A model generated the notes under the pieces. The model had not been told where the DNA came from and made no database searches. It saw nothing but the letters and a program-made list of their open reading frames with translations. 64,000 nucleotides of DNA from Candidatus Eiseniibacteriota bacterium (GTDB lineage: Bacteria; Eisenbacteria; RBG-16-71-46): positions 1 through 64,000 of the forward strand of contig JBBRLX010000015.1 of the NCBI GenBank assembly GCA_038231135.1. Direction: 5' to 3'. Made by a program: the position numbers and the translations under genes. This document shows positions 10,303 to 18,752 of the stretch, piece by piece; the first letter of the stretch is position 1; every line of letters begins with the position of its first letter.

Positions 10303-11823
10303 TTATGAGGGCGACGACTGAGGTACTTCAGCCAGTGTATCACCATGATCTGCTGCCAACTGAACAAGGCGGTCAATATCCTCTTGGCCGGTGCGCGGAT
10401 TGACAAAACAGGCGCGCAAATAGAGGCGGTCCCCGAGTTGCGCTGTGGAGATAAAGTACTCGCCTGAACGCTGAAGCAAGTCCGCAATGCTTCCGTTGAC
10501 GACGTTCAGCCGCGTGTTGGGAAGTTGCCGGTCTAGGTGCGGCAACCCCCTGACTGGATTATAGCGAAACGTCGCTATGCTGAGTCCGGTCGGACCCAAT
10601 TCGAGTTGCTTGAAGTCACGAACGCGGCGCGCAAGGTAACTAGCATTCGCAATGTCCAGCGCGACTGCTTCCCGACAGCCAGCCGTCCCCAGCAACCGAA
10701 GAATGACCCACACTTTCAGCGCGCTGGCTGGGCGGCTGTTCTCAGGTCCGAACTCTGCCAGATCGTCGTGGTCCTTCGATCGTGACAAGTCTTCCGGCAC
10801 GCCAACGCCTGGATAGTAGTAACTCGGACGCGTCGAGAATGTCGATTGCAGCAGTCCTGATCGCCTTATGAATGCACATGCCGCCGGGATCGGAGCATAC
10901 ATCCATTTTTGGGGGTCCATGGTAACCGAATCCGCCCTTGCGAGCTGGTGCAGGTCCTCCGGGACATCCTCTACGCAAGCGGCTGTGGCACCATATGCCC
11001 CGTCTACGTGGAGCCACACCGATTCTTCAGCAGCAATCTCCGAGAGAACTCGAATGGGATCGACGGCGCCTGTGCCCACGGTCCCGGCCGTTGCGAGAAT
11101 CAAGAAGGGCCACCGATCATTCCTGCGATCGTCTGCGATGAGGGCCCGAAGGGCATTCGTCTCCATTCGGAGATCCCCATCTGTCTCCACCCAGCGTATT
11201 GAGTCAGTACCGAGCCCCATGAGCCGCACCGCGCGAACCAACCACCGATGCGCCTCACGAGTCGCGTAGACGGTTGGCCGAGGTCGATTCCTCGGCATGT
11301 TCCCGTCCTTGAGGACGTCCCAATCAGTTGCCTGGGCGCGAATTGCCACGTGTAGACATGCCAAGTTCGCAGCCTCGCCCCCGCCGAGGAAGATGCCTTC
11401 GGTGGCTGGACTTAGCCCAATGAGTTCTCCAAGCCATCGCAACGTCTGCCTTTCGATCAGGGTCACGAGTGGAGCGATACGCCAGAGGGCCACGTTCTGC
11501 CCGAATGAAGATGCAATTAAGTCGGCCAGAGCTCCAGCTGGCGATGGTGCTGAAGTAATGTACGCATTGAATCGTGGATGCCCATTCAATGTTGCGTATC
11601 GCTTGAAGAGATCAAGAACTTCCGAGAACACTTCTTTCGCGCCCTCGCGATTCTTGGGAATGTTCGCGAACCACCGATCAGACGTGAAGAATGGATCCTC
11701 AAAGTTTGGGGTAACTGGGCTGGCACGGAGGTGTCGGAGGTGCTCAGCCACTCCACGCACGAGCTCGACTCCGATCGAAGAGAATTCGTCCGGTCCCAGA
11801 AAGGTTGTCGATTCATTTTCCAT
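10303..11823 (-). CDS. Group II PLP-dependent amino acid decarboxylase (DDC/GAD family)
   Basis: HPRFNAYI, ATAGTVGTGAVD, WLHVDGAYG, DSVTMDPQKW (PLP lysine). Confidence 0.92.
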   Translation of the reverse strand: MENESTTFLGPDEFSSIGVELVRGVAEHLRHLRASPVTPNFEDPFFTSDRWFANIPKNREGAKEVFSEVLDLFKRYATLNGHPRFNAYITSAPSPAGALADLIASSFGQNVALWRIAPLVTLIERQTLRWLGELIGLSPATEGIFLGGGEAANLACLHVAIRAQATDWDVLKDGNMPRNRPRPTVYATREAHRWLVRAVRLMGLGTDSIRWVETDGDLRMETNALRALIADDRRNDRWPFLILATAGTVGTGAVDPIRVLSEIAAEESVWLHVDGAYGATAACVEDVPEDLHQLARADSVTMDPQKWMYAPIPAACAFIRRSGLLQSTFSTRPSYYYPGVGVPEDLSRSKDHDDLAEFGPENSRPASALKVWVILRLLGTAGCREAVALDIANASYLARRVRDFKQLELGPTGLSIATFRYNPVRGLPHLDRQLPNTRLNVVNGSIADLLQRSGEYFISTAQLGDRLYLRACFVNPRTGQEDIDRLVQLAADHGDTLAEVPQSSPS

Positions 11824-11855
11824 GGTCTGTCGGGCTCGCAGGTTGACTCGACTAA

Positions 11856-12883
11856 CTAGCTTAGCGCTGCAATGAAAGAATCTACATCTTCACGAGAGGT
11901 TGACCACGAACACATGAAACGTGCGCCCCCTCCGATGAAGACGTAGTACTTCCATCCGCGTTGACTCAGCTGGGCGTGAAGCTGGGGCGCCATTTCAACG
12001 AACACTGCGTTCGCTTCTACTGGATGAAGGATCCGAACGCCCTTTACCTGGGCGATTTGCTCTGCCAAGTACTTCGCCATGTTGTTTGCCCGTTTCGCGT
12101 AGTCCAACCATACCCCGTTCGTTAGCGCGGCAACCCACGGAGCTGCGAAATAGCGCATCTTGGAGAAAAGGTGTCCAGCCTGCTTGCAACGGTATCCGAA
12201 GTCCACCGCCGCGTCTTGCGCAGCCTTGCTTTGGATGAAAAACACGACTGCCTCTGAGAGTCCAAAGCCGTTCTTTATCATACCGAGACTTAGAACGTCG
12301 ATTCCCCGTTCCCACGTGATCGCCTTCGGTTCGACGCCGAGGGAGGCCACTGAGTTGGCAAACCGAGCGCCATCCATGTGCAGAGCAAGGCCATTCTGTC
12401 GCACCGCTTCGGATATAGCTTCCAGTTCCGCGGGTGAGTATACGGTCCCCAACTCTGTTGCTTGGGAGATGCTTACCACGCGCGGCTTGGGGTAATGAAT
12501 GTCCGTGCGCTTGTGCGCAATGCGTCCAATTTCCATAGGGTCGAGCTTCCCATGGTCACCACCACCCAAGAGGAGCTTTGTGCCGTTGGAGAAGAACTCG
12601 GGTCCACCGCATTCATCAGTCTCAATGTGCGACGATTCGTGGCAAATTACGCTGTGATACGAATTGCAAAGACTCGACAGTGCAAGCGCATTCGCTGATG
12701 TCCCCGTCGGAACGAAAAACACTTCGCAATTTGTGTCAAATAGCTCGCGAACAGCGTTCGCCGCCTGCTCAGTGATGACATCGGTACCGTATGAGGGATG
12801 TAGCCCTGATTCGCACTGAGAAGTGCTGTTGTGGCTTCTGGCGTCATCCCAGCAGTGTTGTCGCTCGCGAATTGCACATTCAT
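11856..12883 (-). pseudogene. ltaE: Low-specificity L-threonine aldolase split by a 1-nt frameshift near 12795
   Basis: N-terminus MNVQFASDNTAG (ATG 12883, SD GGGAGG) lies in one frame; the rest (PSYGTD...TGTSANAL...LHMDGARFAN...KNG) lies in another. Confidence 0.85.
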
Positions 12884-13539
12884 TTTCGCCTCCCGCCCGG
12901 TTCCCCAGTTTGAGACGTCCTAGAGCCAACACCCTCTCAGATGCGCTCACTCGTCCTCGCAACTTCCGCGGTCGCCCCGTCGAGACGAGACGCCGGGCCG
13001 ATACGCTCATTACGGATGACCATGTCAGTGAACTCATCCGCGAGGCAACACGCCTGCGCAGGCCGGGTCACACTGCCCGACTTTCGCGGGGCCAAATTCC
13101 TCCGAGTCGCTCTCTGGTCCGGACCTTCGAGCTCCTCACGCCAGTCTATCCTCGGCGATCGCGATCAGCACACTCTCACTGGAGTACTTACGACGTGAGC
13201 ACCTCGCCCGTCAATCGTGCGAGAATCTGCGCGTCCCGGTCTGATTCAGATCGGGCATCCGGCGGGGGGCAGAGTGTCCGGCTTGCCACCTGGCGCGACT
13301 CAAGGGCGAGGACTGGACGCAAGAGTCAGCTGTTCCCACGAAGGCAGCGGTAGGACGTAAGCGATCCTGATGAACCTGCTGATGACGACGAAGGCCGCCG
13401 ACATACGCCCCTCGCGACTGCCTTCGCGATTTGCCGCTGCGCATCTCGACCGGCACCGACGTGGAACAGCTGGCGCCCCAAGGTTGGACGCAGCACCGCG
13501 AGGCGAAGGTAATCGGCAGCTGCCGGGCGCTCATCCGGT

Positions 13540-13640
13540 AGCTCGGCGCCACTGCTTTGAGACGGCCCGTCCAGACGGGCGCAAGACGATGGTTATACCA
13601 TTTTGTCGACGCTAGTCGGCGCAACGGTCCATGCACGCGG
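13540..13640 (+). pseudogene. Possible decayed C-terminal remnant of a tyrosine integrase
   Basis: GRKTMV / YHFVDASRRN in adjacent frames resembles the GHxxxxMTxxYxH tail and ends at putative arm-site repeats; weak. Confidence 0.25.
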
Positions 13641-13642
13641 TC

Positions 13643-13662
13643 TGGTACCAATCTTGGTACCA
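13643..13662. repeat. TGGTACCA x2 (12-bp period), putative integrase arm-type sites
   Basis: tggtacca-atct-tggtacca, about 130-150 bp from the tRNA-Ser fragment. Confidence 0.5.
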
Positions 13663-13792
13663 CTCAACCTCCCCAACCGGCCATTCGTGTCCCTTCCTGT
13701 CCCCAAAACGAAGGAGCCCCAGCAGGTCATAACCCACTGAGGCTCCATGATTTTCTTCACTATCGGACGCTGCGGCGATTTCTGGCCGTTCA

Positions 13793-13834
13793 GTTTTCAA
13801 GACCGGCGCCTTAAACCACTTGGCCGTCGCGTAC
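13793..13834 (-). pseudogene. tRNA-Ser(UGA) 5' fragment (D arm plus anticodon loop only)
   Basis: Minus strand GGCCAAGTGGTTTAAGGCGCCGGTCTTGAAAAC; no variable arm, T arm or acceptor 3' strand follows. Confidence 0.7.
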
Positions 13835-14080
13835 AACCTGCGAGGTTGAATGGCCCCCTGAGCAGCCGACTCGGCGATGCTCCGGGGTCCAGGTGGTGTT
13901 GTAGGAAGAACCACCCGCATCCGAGCAGCGCTCAAACGACTCACCGTTTTTGCGAAGCGTGAACTCAGCGGTGTCCTTTTCGGCGTCCGACGGATCGTAG
14001 AGCGCGAACAGCGTGCCGGCGCATACTGGACATTGGGCGGTCCTGTCTTCCTGAATTCTCAACGCATTTTCTGTTCTCAT
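13811..14080 (-). CDS. Small hypothetical protein with CPVC motif
   Basis: 89-aa ORF between the two tRNA fragments; weak SD AGGGA. Confidence 0.3.
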   Translation of the reverse strand: MRTENALRIQEDRTAQCPVCAGTLFALYDPSDAEKDTAEFTLRKNGESFERCSDAGGSSYNTTWTPEHRRVGCSGGHSTSQVVRDGQVV

Positions 14081-14092
14081 GAGTCCCTGCCG

Positions 14093-14112
14093 TGTGCCGG
14101 TTTTGTGCCGGT
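14093..14112. repeat. TGTGCCGGT x2 (11-bp period), putative integrase arm-type sites
   Basis: tgtgccggt-tt-tgtgccggt, about 140-160 bp from the tRNA-Tyr break point. Confidence 0.5.
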
Positions 14113-14252
14113 CTCAACATCCCCACGCGGCCGGAGTGGTCCATTTCTGGCCACTCGAGCTCAAGTAGGCGACAACGCAAAAGTCACTGCAGCGACGATA
14201 CTTCAGCGGAATTCCGGTGAATGAGCGGGGCCGCCCGAGTAGGAGCAAATCT

Positions 14253-14293
14253 GATTTACAGTCTGCTCCCTTTGGCCGCTCGGGCACCCCTCC
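14253..14293 (-). pseudogene. tRNA-Tyr(GUA) 5' half, interrupted 2 nt after the anticodon loop (att site)
   Basis: Minus strand GGAGGGGTGCCCGAGCGGCCAAAGGGAGCAGA-CTGTAAA-TC, then AGA instead of TGC; no T arm downstream. Confidence 0.88.
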
Positions 14294-14339
14294 AGGAAAA
14301 CCGGTGTCCCACGCCGTCTTCGAGACACCGGCAAAGCCA

Positions 14340-14412
14340 AGCTGGCGAAGGGACTTGAACCCCCAACCACCTGATTACAAATCAGGTGCTCTACCAGTTG
14401 AGCTACGCCAGC
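14340..14412 (-). tRNA. tRNA-Thr(UGU)
   Basis: Full cloverleaf: acceptor GCTGGCG/CGCCAGC, anticodon arm CCTGA-TTTGTAA-TCAGG, T loop GGTTCAAGTCC; CCA not encoded. Confidence 0.97.
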
Positions 14413-14440
14413 AGCTCCTCGACGACCGCGTGGCTCCGAC

Positions 14441-14935
14441 TCAACCCTTGTACGGAGGCACTGCCAGCGACCGGACGTGCTTCAGCACGGCCTTGATTTC
14501 CTCGTCGCTCAGCACGGTTCCCCACGCCGGCATGGGCCCCTTGCCGTTGCGAATCACCTCGAGCAACTGAGCGTCCGTGCGGCCGTTCATGTACGAGCCG
14601 TCCGTGTGGTTGCGCGGATGCGGATTGAGGCTCGCCGCGGCCGGGCCGTCGCCGTGGCCCGTCGGGCCGTGGCACAGCTGGCAGCGTGAAGCATACACCG
14701 TAGCGCCGAGGTCCCCTGCGGCCGCCGTGCCGCCGGGAGCGGGCGTGGTCGCCTCCGGCGTCGAGGCCGAGGGGGCGGGCGTGGTCTGCGTGTTCGTGGA
14801 CTGGTCCGTGTTGCTTGCCGACTTGTTGCCACAACCGACGAGAGCTGCGTTACAGAGTGCCGCCACCGCCAGCACTGCGGCGAGAGCGGTCACGGGGCGG
14901 GCGCGAAACGCGCTTGTTGCGGAAAGGTTTTTCAT
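14441..14935 (-). CDS. Monoheme cytochrome c lipoprotein
   Basis: Lipobox ALVGC, low-complexity linker, CQLCH heme motif, GKGPMPAW distal Met. Confidence 0.9.
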   Translation of the reverse strand: MKNLSATSAFRARPVTALAAVLAVAALCNAALVGCGNKSASNTDQSTNTQTTPAPSASTPEATTPAPGGTAAAGDLGATVYASRCQLCHGPTGHGDGPAAASLNPHPRNHTDGSYMNGRTDAQLLEVIRNGKGPMPAWGTVLSDEEIKAVLKHVRSLAVPPYKG

Positions 14936-14942
14936 GGGCTGC

Positions 14943-14972
14943 ACCATAACATCACCCCGTCACAACGCTCAA
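14943..14972 (-). promoter_or_regulatory. Putative sigma70 promoter for the cytochrome c gene (probably leaderless)
   Basis: TTGAGC-18nt-TATGGT with extended TG; ATG 14935 begins after a 7-nt gap from the -10. Confidence 0.5.
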
Positions 14973-15057
14973 CCCTTGGGCCCGCCGAATCACGCGGGAA
15001 TCGAAGGAATCGGGGGCGGGCGGCCGTCGTTCGGCCCAGGACGATCCGGCCACAATC

Positions 15058-15524
15058 GAAAAGGCAGCTCGCAGTGGACGTTGCGTCTTTCGACCTGGCG
15101 TCCTCTGGAGCTGCCTCTTCCCGAGAGTACAGGGAGTGACCGGGATAAACCCCACTGTGCTCCCGGCTTCGTTGACCGGGCGTATTTGGTTTTTTTGCGA
15201 AACTGCGAACACTAACTACTGACTTGCTACGGGTCGACCGACTGAGCTGCTCTCACCCCCTTCTTCGAGTTTCCTCCGAATCGGAGGATGTTGCTCATGG
15301 TCGGGTTACGAGCCTGGGGCACCCTCTGCTGCCCCAATTTGCGACAACTTTCACATCCGATTTTTTGATCTCAGGGCGATCTTTGTGGGGGTCACCTGGG
15401 TAAGCGAGCCCGATGGAGGTGCAGGACCTGACTCGCCTGCCCCAGGTCAGTGCCTCCGTCCCCTGGGAGGCAGTTCCCCCGCTACATCTACAGATTTGCT
15501 GTGCTGACTGGTCCCGTATCCGAA
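15058..15524 (-). ncRNA. Candidate sigma54-transcribed structured non-coding RNA (~465 nt)
   Basis: Series of hairpins; G-U pairs and a GAAA tetraloop work only on the minus strand; ends in a long stem with UUUU; no SD-led ORF. Confidence 0.6.
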
Positions 15525-15534
15525 GACTCTGCAG

Positions 15535-15550
15535 AGCAGGTCGCATGCCA
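15535..15550 (-). promoter_or_regulatory. Sigma54 -24/-12 promoter
   Basis: TGGCATGCGACCTGCT: GG-N10-GC in the TGGCA(C/T)-N5-(T/C)TGC(A/T) context. Confidence 0.75.
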
Positions 15551-15668
15551 CGCGCATTGCAATGTCCTGAACTGTGTCATGGCACAGCTGTAATCATCTG
15601 TATTACATCGTGTTAGTGGTATGTATCAGAGTGAGGCGACGGCGCTCGTCGGGTGATCTCCAGCACTC

Positions 15669-15774
15669 GGAGTGTTACGGGGGAGGTAACACTCCAAAGC
15701 GGGTAATTCCGTTCCAACTGGCTGGAGCGGATTCGATTACACCAGTGTCACCGATCTGTAACGGGGTAACACTC
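15669..15774. promoter_or_regulatory. Putative enhancer (UAS) sites for the adjacent sigma54 activator
   Basis: Perfect palindrome GGAGTGTTAC-N7-GTAACACTCC (15669-15695), with GTAACACTC repeated at 15766-15774; 120-225 bp upstream of the -24 box, separated from it by an AT-rich tract. Confidence 0.7.
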
Positions 15775-15826
15775 GAACGGGGTACAGATTGAGCGGGAAG
15801 GGTACGGCGGAGAGAATTCGACCGGC

Positions 15827-18250
15827 TTACCGCGACAGGTCGATATTCAGGCGCTTGATGCGCGCGTACAGCGTCTTGCGGCTCACGCCGAGGAGTTCGG
15901 CGACGCGGCTCTTGTTGCCGCCGGCTTCAGCGTAGGCGGCGAGAATCGCCGAACGATCGTCGACCGGCACCGCGGTCAGCACCGGCTGCGGCTCGTGCGC
16001 GAAGAACGGCAGCAGAGTCGCGGCCTCGAGCAGGCCCTCGCCGGCGTGCAGTGCGGCCACCCGCTTCATCACGTTCTCGAGCTCGCGCACGTTGCCGGGC
16101 CACGAATGCGAGGTCAGCATCGACTCCGCGCCGGGGGTCAGCCGCGGTCCCTCGATGCCTCCGTAGAATGCAAGGAAATGCCGCGCCAACGGCACGATGT
16201 CGTGGTGGCGCTCGCGCAGCGGCGGCAGCTGGATCTCGATCTCGTTGAGCCGGAACAATAGATCGCGCCGGAACATCCGCTCGGCGTCGCTGCCGCGAAG
16301 CACGCGGTTCGTCGCGGCGATCAGCCGCACGTCCGCACGCCGCACCTGGGTCTCGCCGAGCCGCAGGTACTCGCCGCTCTCGAGGAATCGCAGCAGCGTG
16401 ACCTGCACGTCGTGCGGCAGCTCGCCCACTTCGTCGAGGAACAGCGTGCCCCCATTGGCGGCTTCCACGAGTCCCATGGCGTCGGCGTGGGCGCCGGTAA
16501 ACGCGCCCTTGCGATGGCCGAACAGCTGCGACAACGCCAGATCCGCGCGCAGCGCGCCGCAGTTGACCGCCAAAAACGGCTTGTTCTGGCGCTGCGACAG
16601 CGTGTGGATCGTGCGGGCGACGAGTTCCTTGCCGGTGCCGGTTTCGCCGGTGACGAGCACCGACAGTTCGGTCGCAGCGGCCCGCCGCGCCAGCGTCTCG
16701 ACGCGGCGCATCTCGGGCGAGCAGGCGACGAGGCCGGGTGCCCGGTGGCGGCGTCCGAGCAGCGAAGCCGGACGCGCGGGTGCCGGGCCCGGTCCGTTCT
16801 TGAGCAGCTCGCTCAGTTCGTCCTCGGCGCGCTCCAGCCAGTAGGGCGTGCTGAGCGTCGCGAACAGCGCGCCCGCCCGGTAGAACCAGCGGCGCGCTTC
16901 GGCGGGATCCGAGCAGGAGTGACCGAGCTCGAGCAGGGTGCGGCCCTGTTCGTAGGGTTCGTGGCAGGCGGCGAGCAGGGTCGCAGCCCGGCGCCGGTCC
17001 TCGAACGCCGCGTCGGTCTGGCCGCGCAGCGCGGCGACCGCTCCCGACGCGCGGTACGTGAGCGCGTATTCCATGCGATCGTCGATCTGGCGCGCAAGTC
17101 GCTGGGCGCGCCGGCACGCGGCATCCGCGGCATCGGCGTTACCGAGCGCCACGAGCGTCTCGGCCCGGCGGCGCTCGAGCTCGACCACGAGGTCGCCCTC
17201 GGGGGCGATGCGTTCGGCCATGGTGAGCGCCTGGTCGTAGCGCTCGATCGCGCGATCGTGGCGGCCGCGATCGTGATCGAGTTCGCCGAGGAATTCGAGC
17301 GCCAGCACTTCCTCGCGCTGCGCCGACTGACTGCGCGCGCGCTCGAGCGCCTCGAGCAGCATGCTCTCGGCCTCCACGAACCGGCGTTCGAGCCGCGCCA
17401 CGTTGCCGAGCCCGATCGCCACCGTGGCGAGCCGCAACTGGTCGCCCACCTGCAGGTAGATCTGCCGGGACTGGCCGAAGCATTCGCCCGCCAGGTCCCA
17501 GCGCCCGCTCTTCTGGTGCACGATGCCGAGATTGATCAGCGCGTTCGCGCTCTCGGCGAACCGCCCGTGGCGCCGGCGGATCTCGAGCGCGGCGGACAGG
17601 TGCGCGATGGCGGCGGACCACTCGCACAGGTTCTTGTGGATCAGCCCCAGATTGTTGCGCACGTAGGCGGTGCTTACTTCGTCACCCACGCGCCCGTAGA
17701 GCACGATCGCCTGCTCGTAGTTCTCGCGGGCCGTGGCGGGGTCCCCTGCGCGATAGGCGATGCGCCCGAGCAGGTTGAGGCCCTGGGCCATGAGTCCGAG
17801 GTCCGCGGCCTGCTGCGCGAGCGCGAGCCCGCGCTCCGCGCTGCTCCGGGAGTCCACGAGGCGGGTGAGCCGGAACAGCGCCTCAGAGCACAGCAGGTGC
17901 AGGCGCGCGCGGGTGGGCACCGAGTCCAGTTGATCCTCGGTGCTCAGCACCTCACGGCAGTGCGCGAGCGCCGCCTGGCAGTTGCCCTGCGCGAGCCGGC
18001 ACGAGATCGCCTTGCTCTCGAGCACGGCACGCTGGACCGCCGGTAGCAGACGAGCCTCCGGCAGCGACAGCAGGCGGTCGATCGTCTCGAGCGCCGGCAC
18101 GTAGCTGTCGGCCTGCATGTACAGGTCGGCGAGCATCCCCAGGTCGGAGATGCCCGCACCCGCGCCTGCCTGACGAGCCAGCGCCAGTCGCTCTTCGAGC
18201 GACGCAATTCGATCGTGTTCGTATCCCGGCACGACGGATCTCCGGTCCAC
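15827..18250 (-). CDS. Sigma54-dependent enhancer-binding protein with N-terminal TPR array and C-terminal Fis-type HTH
   Basis: GETGTGKE, GAFTGA, LFLDEVGE, WPGNVRELEN, GNKSRVAELLGVSRKTLY; about 480 aa of TPR-like repeats; no receiver domain. Confidence 0.95.
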   Translation of the reverse strand: MDRRSVVPGYEHDRIASLEERLALARQAGAGAGISDLGMLADLYMQADSYVPALETIDRLLSLPEARLLPAVQRAVLESKAISCRLAQGNCQAALAHCREVLSTEDQLDSVPTRARLHLLCSEALFRLTRLVDSRSSAERGLALAQQAADLGLMAQGLNLLGRIAYRAGDPATARENYEQAIVLYGRVGDEVSTAYVRNNLGLIHKNLCEWSAAIAHLSAALEIRRRHGRFAESANALINLGIVHQKSGRWDLAGECFGQSRQIYLQVGDQLRLATVAIGLGNVARLERRFVEAESMLLEALERARSQSAQREEVLALEFLGELDHDRGRHDRAIERYDQALTMAERIAPEGDLVVELERRRAETLVALGNADAADAACRRAQRLARQIDDRMEYALTYRASGAVAALRGQTDAAFEDRRRAATLLAACHEPYEQGRTLLELGHSCSDPAEARRWFYRAGALFATLSTPYWLERAEDELSELLKNGPGPAPARPASLLGRRHRAPGLVACSPEMRRVETLARRAAATELSVLVTGETGTGKELVARTIHTLSQRQNKPFLAVNCGALRADLALSQLFGHRKGAFTGAHADAMGLVEAANGGTLFLDEVGELPHDVQVTLLRFLESGEYLRLGETQVRRADVRLIAATNRVLRGSDAERMFRRDLLFRLNEIEIQLPPLRERHHDIVPLARHFLAFYGGIEGPRLTPGAESMLTSHSWPGNVRELENVMKRVAALHAGEGLLEAATLLPFFAHEPQPVLTAVPVDDRSAILAAYAEAGGNKSRVAELLGVSRKTLYARIKRLNIDLSR

Positions 18251-18273
18251 GATGAACGTTGGTCAGCCGGTGA

Positions 18274-18612
18274 TCAGAAATGGAACCAGTAGTTCCGGCT
18301 TCCGATCCACACGGCGTAGAGACGCCACACCATTGCGCTGCCCGCAATCCGGCCGTCACCCACGGCTTGATTCCGGTAGGTCGTGCCACCACGCGACAGC
18401 CCGCCCACACGGATGCCCTTGCTGCGGCCAGCTCCGTCCGGAACGTCTGGGTCGCCCATCCCCGCAGACCCGCCGCCGTCGCTGCCGCCATCCTGGGGGG
18501 TGCCCATGACGGGGTCGGCGGAGGCATGGCGTGCCACCATGGATGAGCTCGCGAGGCACATACCCAGCGCGAGGATGAGGGTCCAATGCCGATTCATTGA
18601 GAATCTCGACAT
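18274..18612 (-). CDS. Small secreted protein / putative signalling pro-peptide (112 aa)
   Basis: SD GAAGG; Sec signal ending ASA; Gly/Asp-rich segment with GDPDVPD; aromatic C-terminal tail; stops 23 nt before the activator gene. Confidence 0.7.
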   Translation of the reverse strand: MSRFSMNRHWTLILALGMCLASSSMVARHASADPVMGTPQDGGSDGGGSAGMGDPDVPDGAGRSKGIRVGGLSRGGTTYRNQAVGDGRIAGSAMVWRLYAVWIGSRNYWFHF

Positions 18613-18752
18613 GTAAGCCCTTCCGTTGAACATCGAACACATTTCACCGGTCTCGGTGCGAATGAGCGAAAACCCCACTTCTGCAGCAGGATCGAAGGTT
18701 GGATACGGGTGAGCCTTCGAACTCGCGTCACAAGGGGGGATTTCGTTCTCTG

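Larger units (their letters stand above)
1..14250. mobile_element. Genomic island, right-hand part, integrated at tRNA-Tyr; left end lies outside the window
   Basis: Visibly lower GC and different codon style than the core; orphan cargo genes; boundary coincides with a truncated tRNA-Tyr and short direct repeats resembling integrase arm sites. Confidence 0.8.

Noticed and set aside
11856..13037. 393-aa ORF with a long N-terminal extension as called by the ORF track
   Set aside because: The extension is an artefact; the true N-terminus starts at 12883 in another frame
14227..14293. Intact or intron-containing tRNA-Tyr
   Set aside because: No 3' exon (variable arm, T arm, acceptor strand) seen downstream in the window and no group I intron core recognised
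15058..15524. RNase P RNA, tmRNA or c-di-GMP riboswitch identity for the structured region
   Set aside because: Only short look-alike words (GAGGAAA, GGGGGTGA, GAAA...ACGCAA) in the wrong order or strand; no T-arm/CCA end or tag frame
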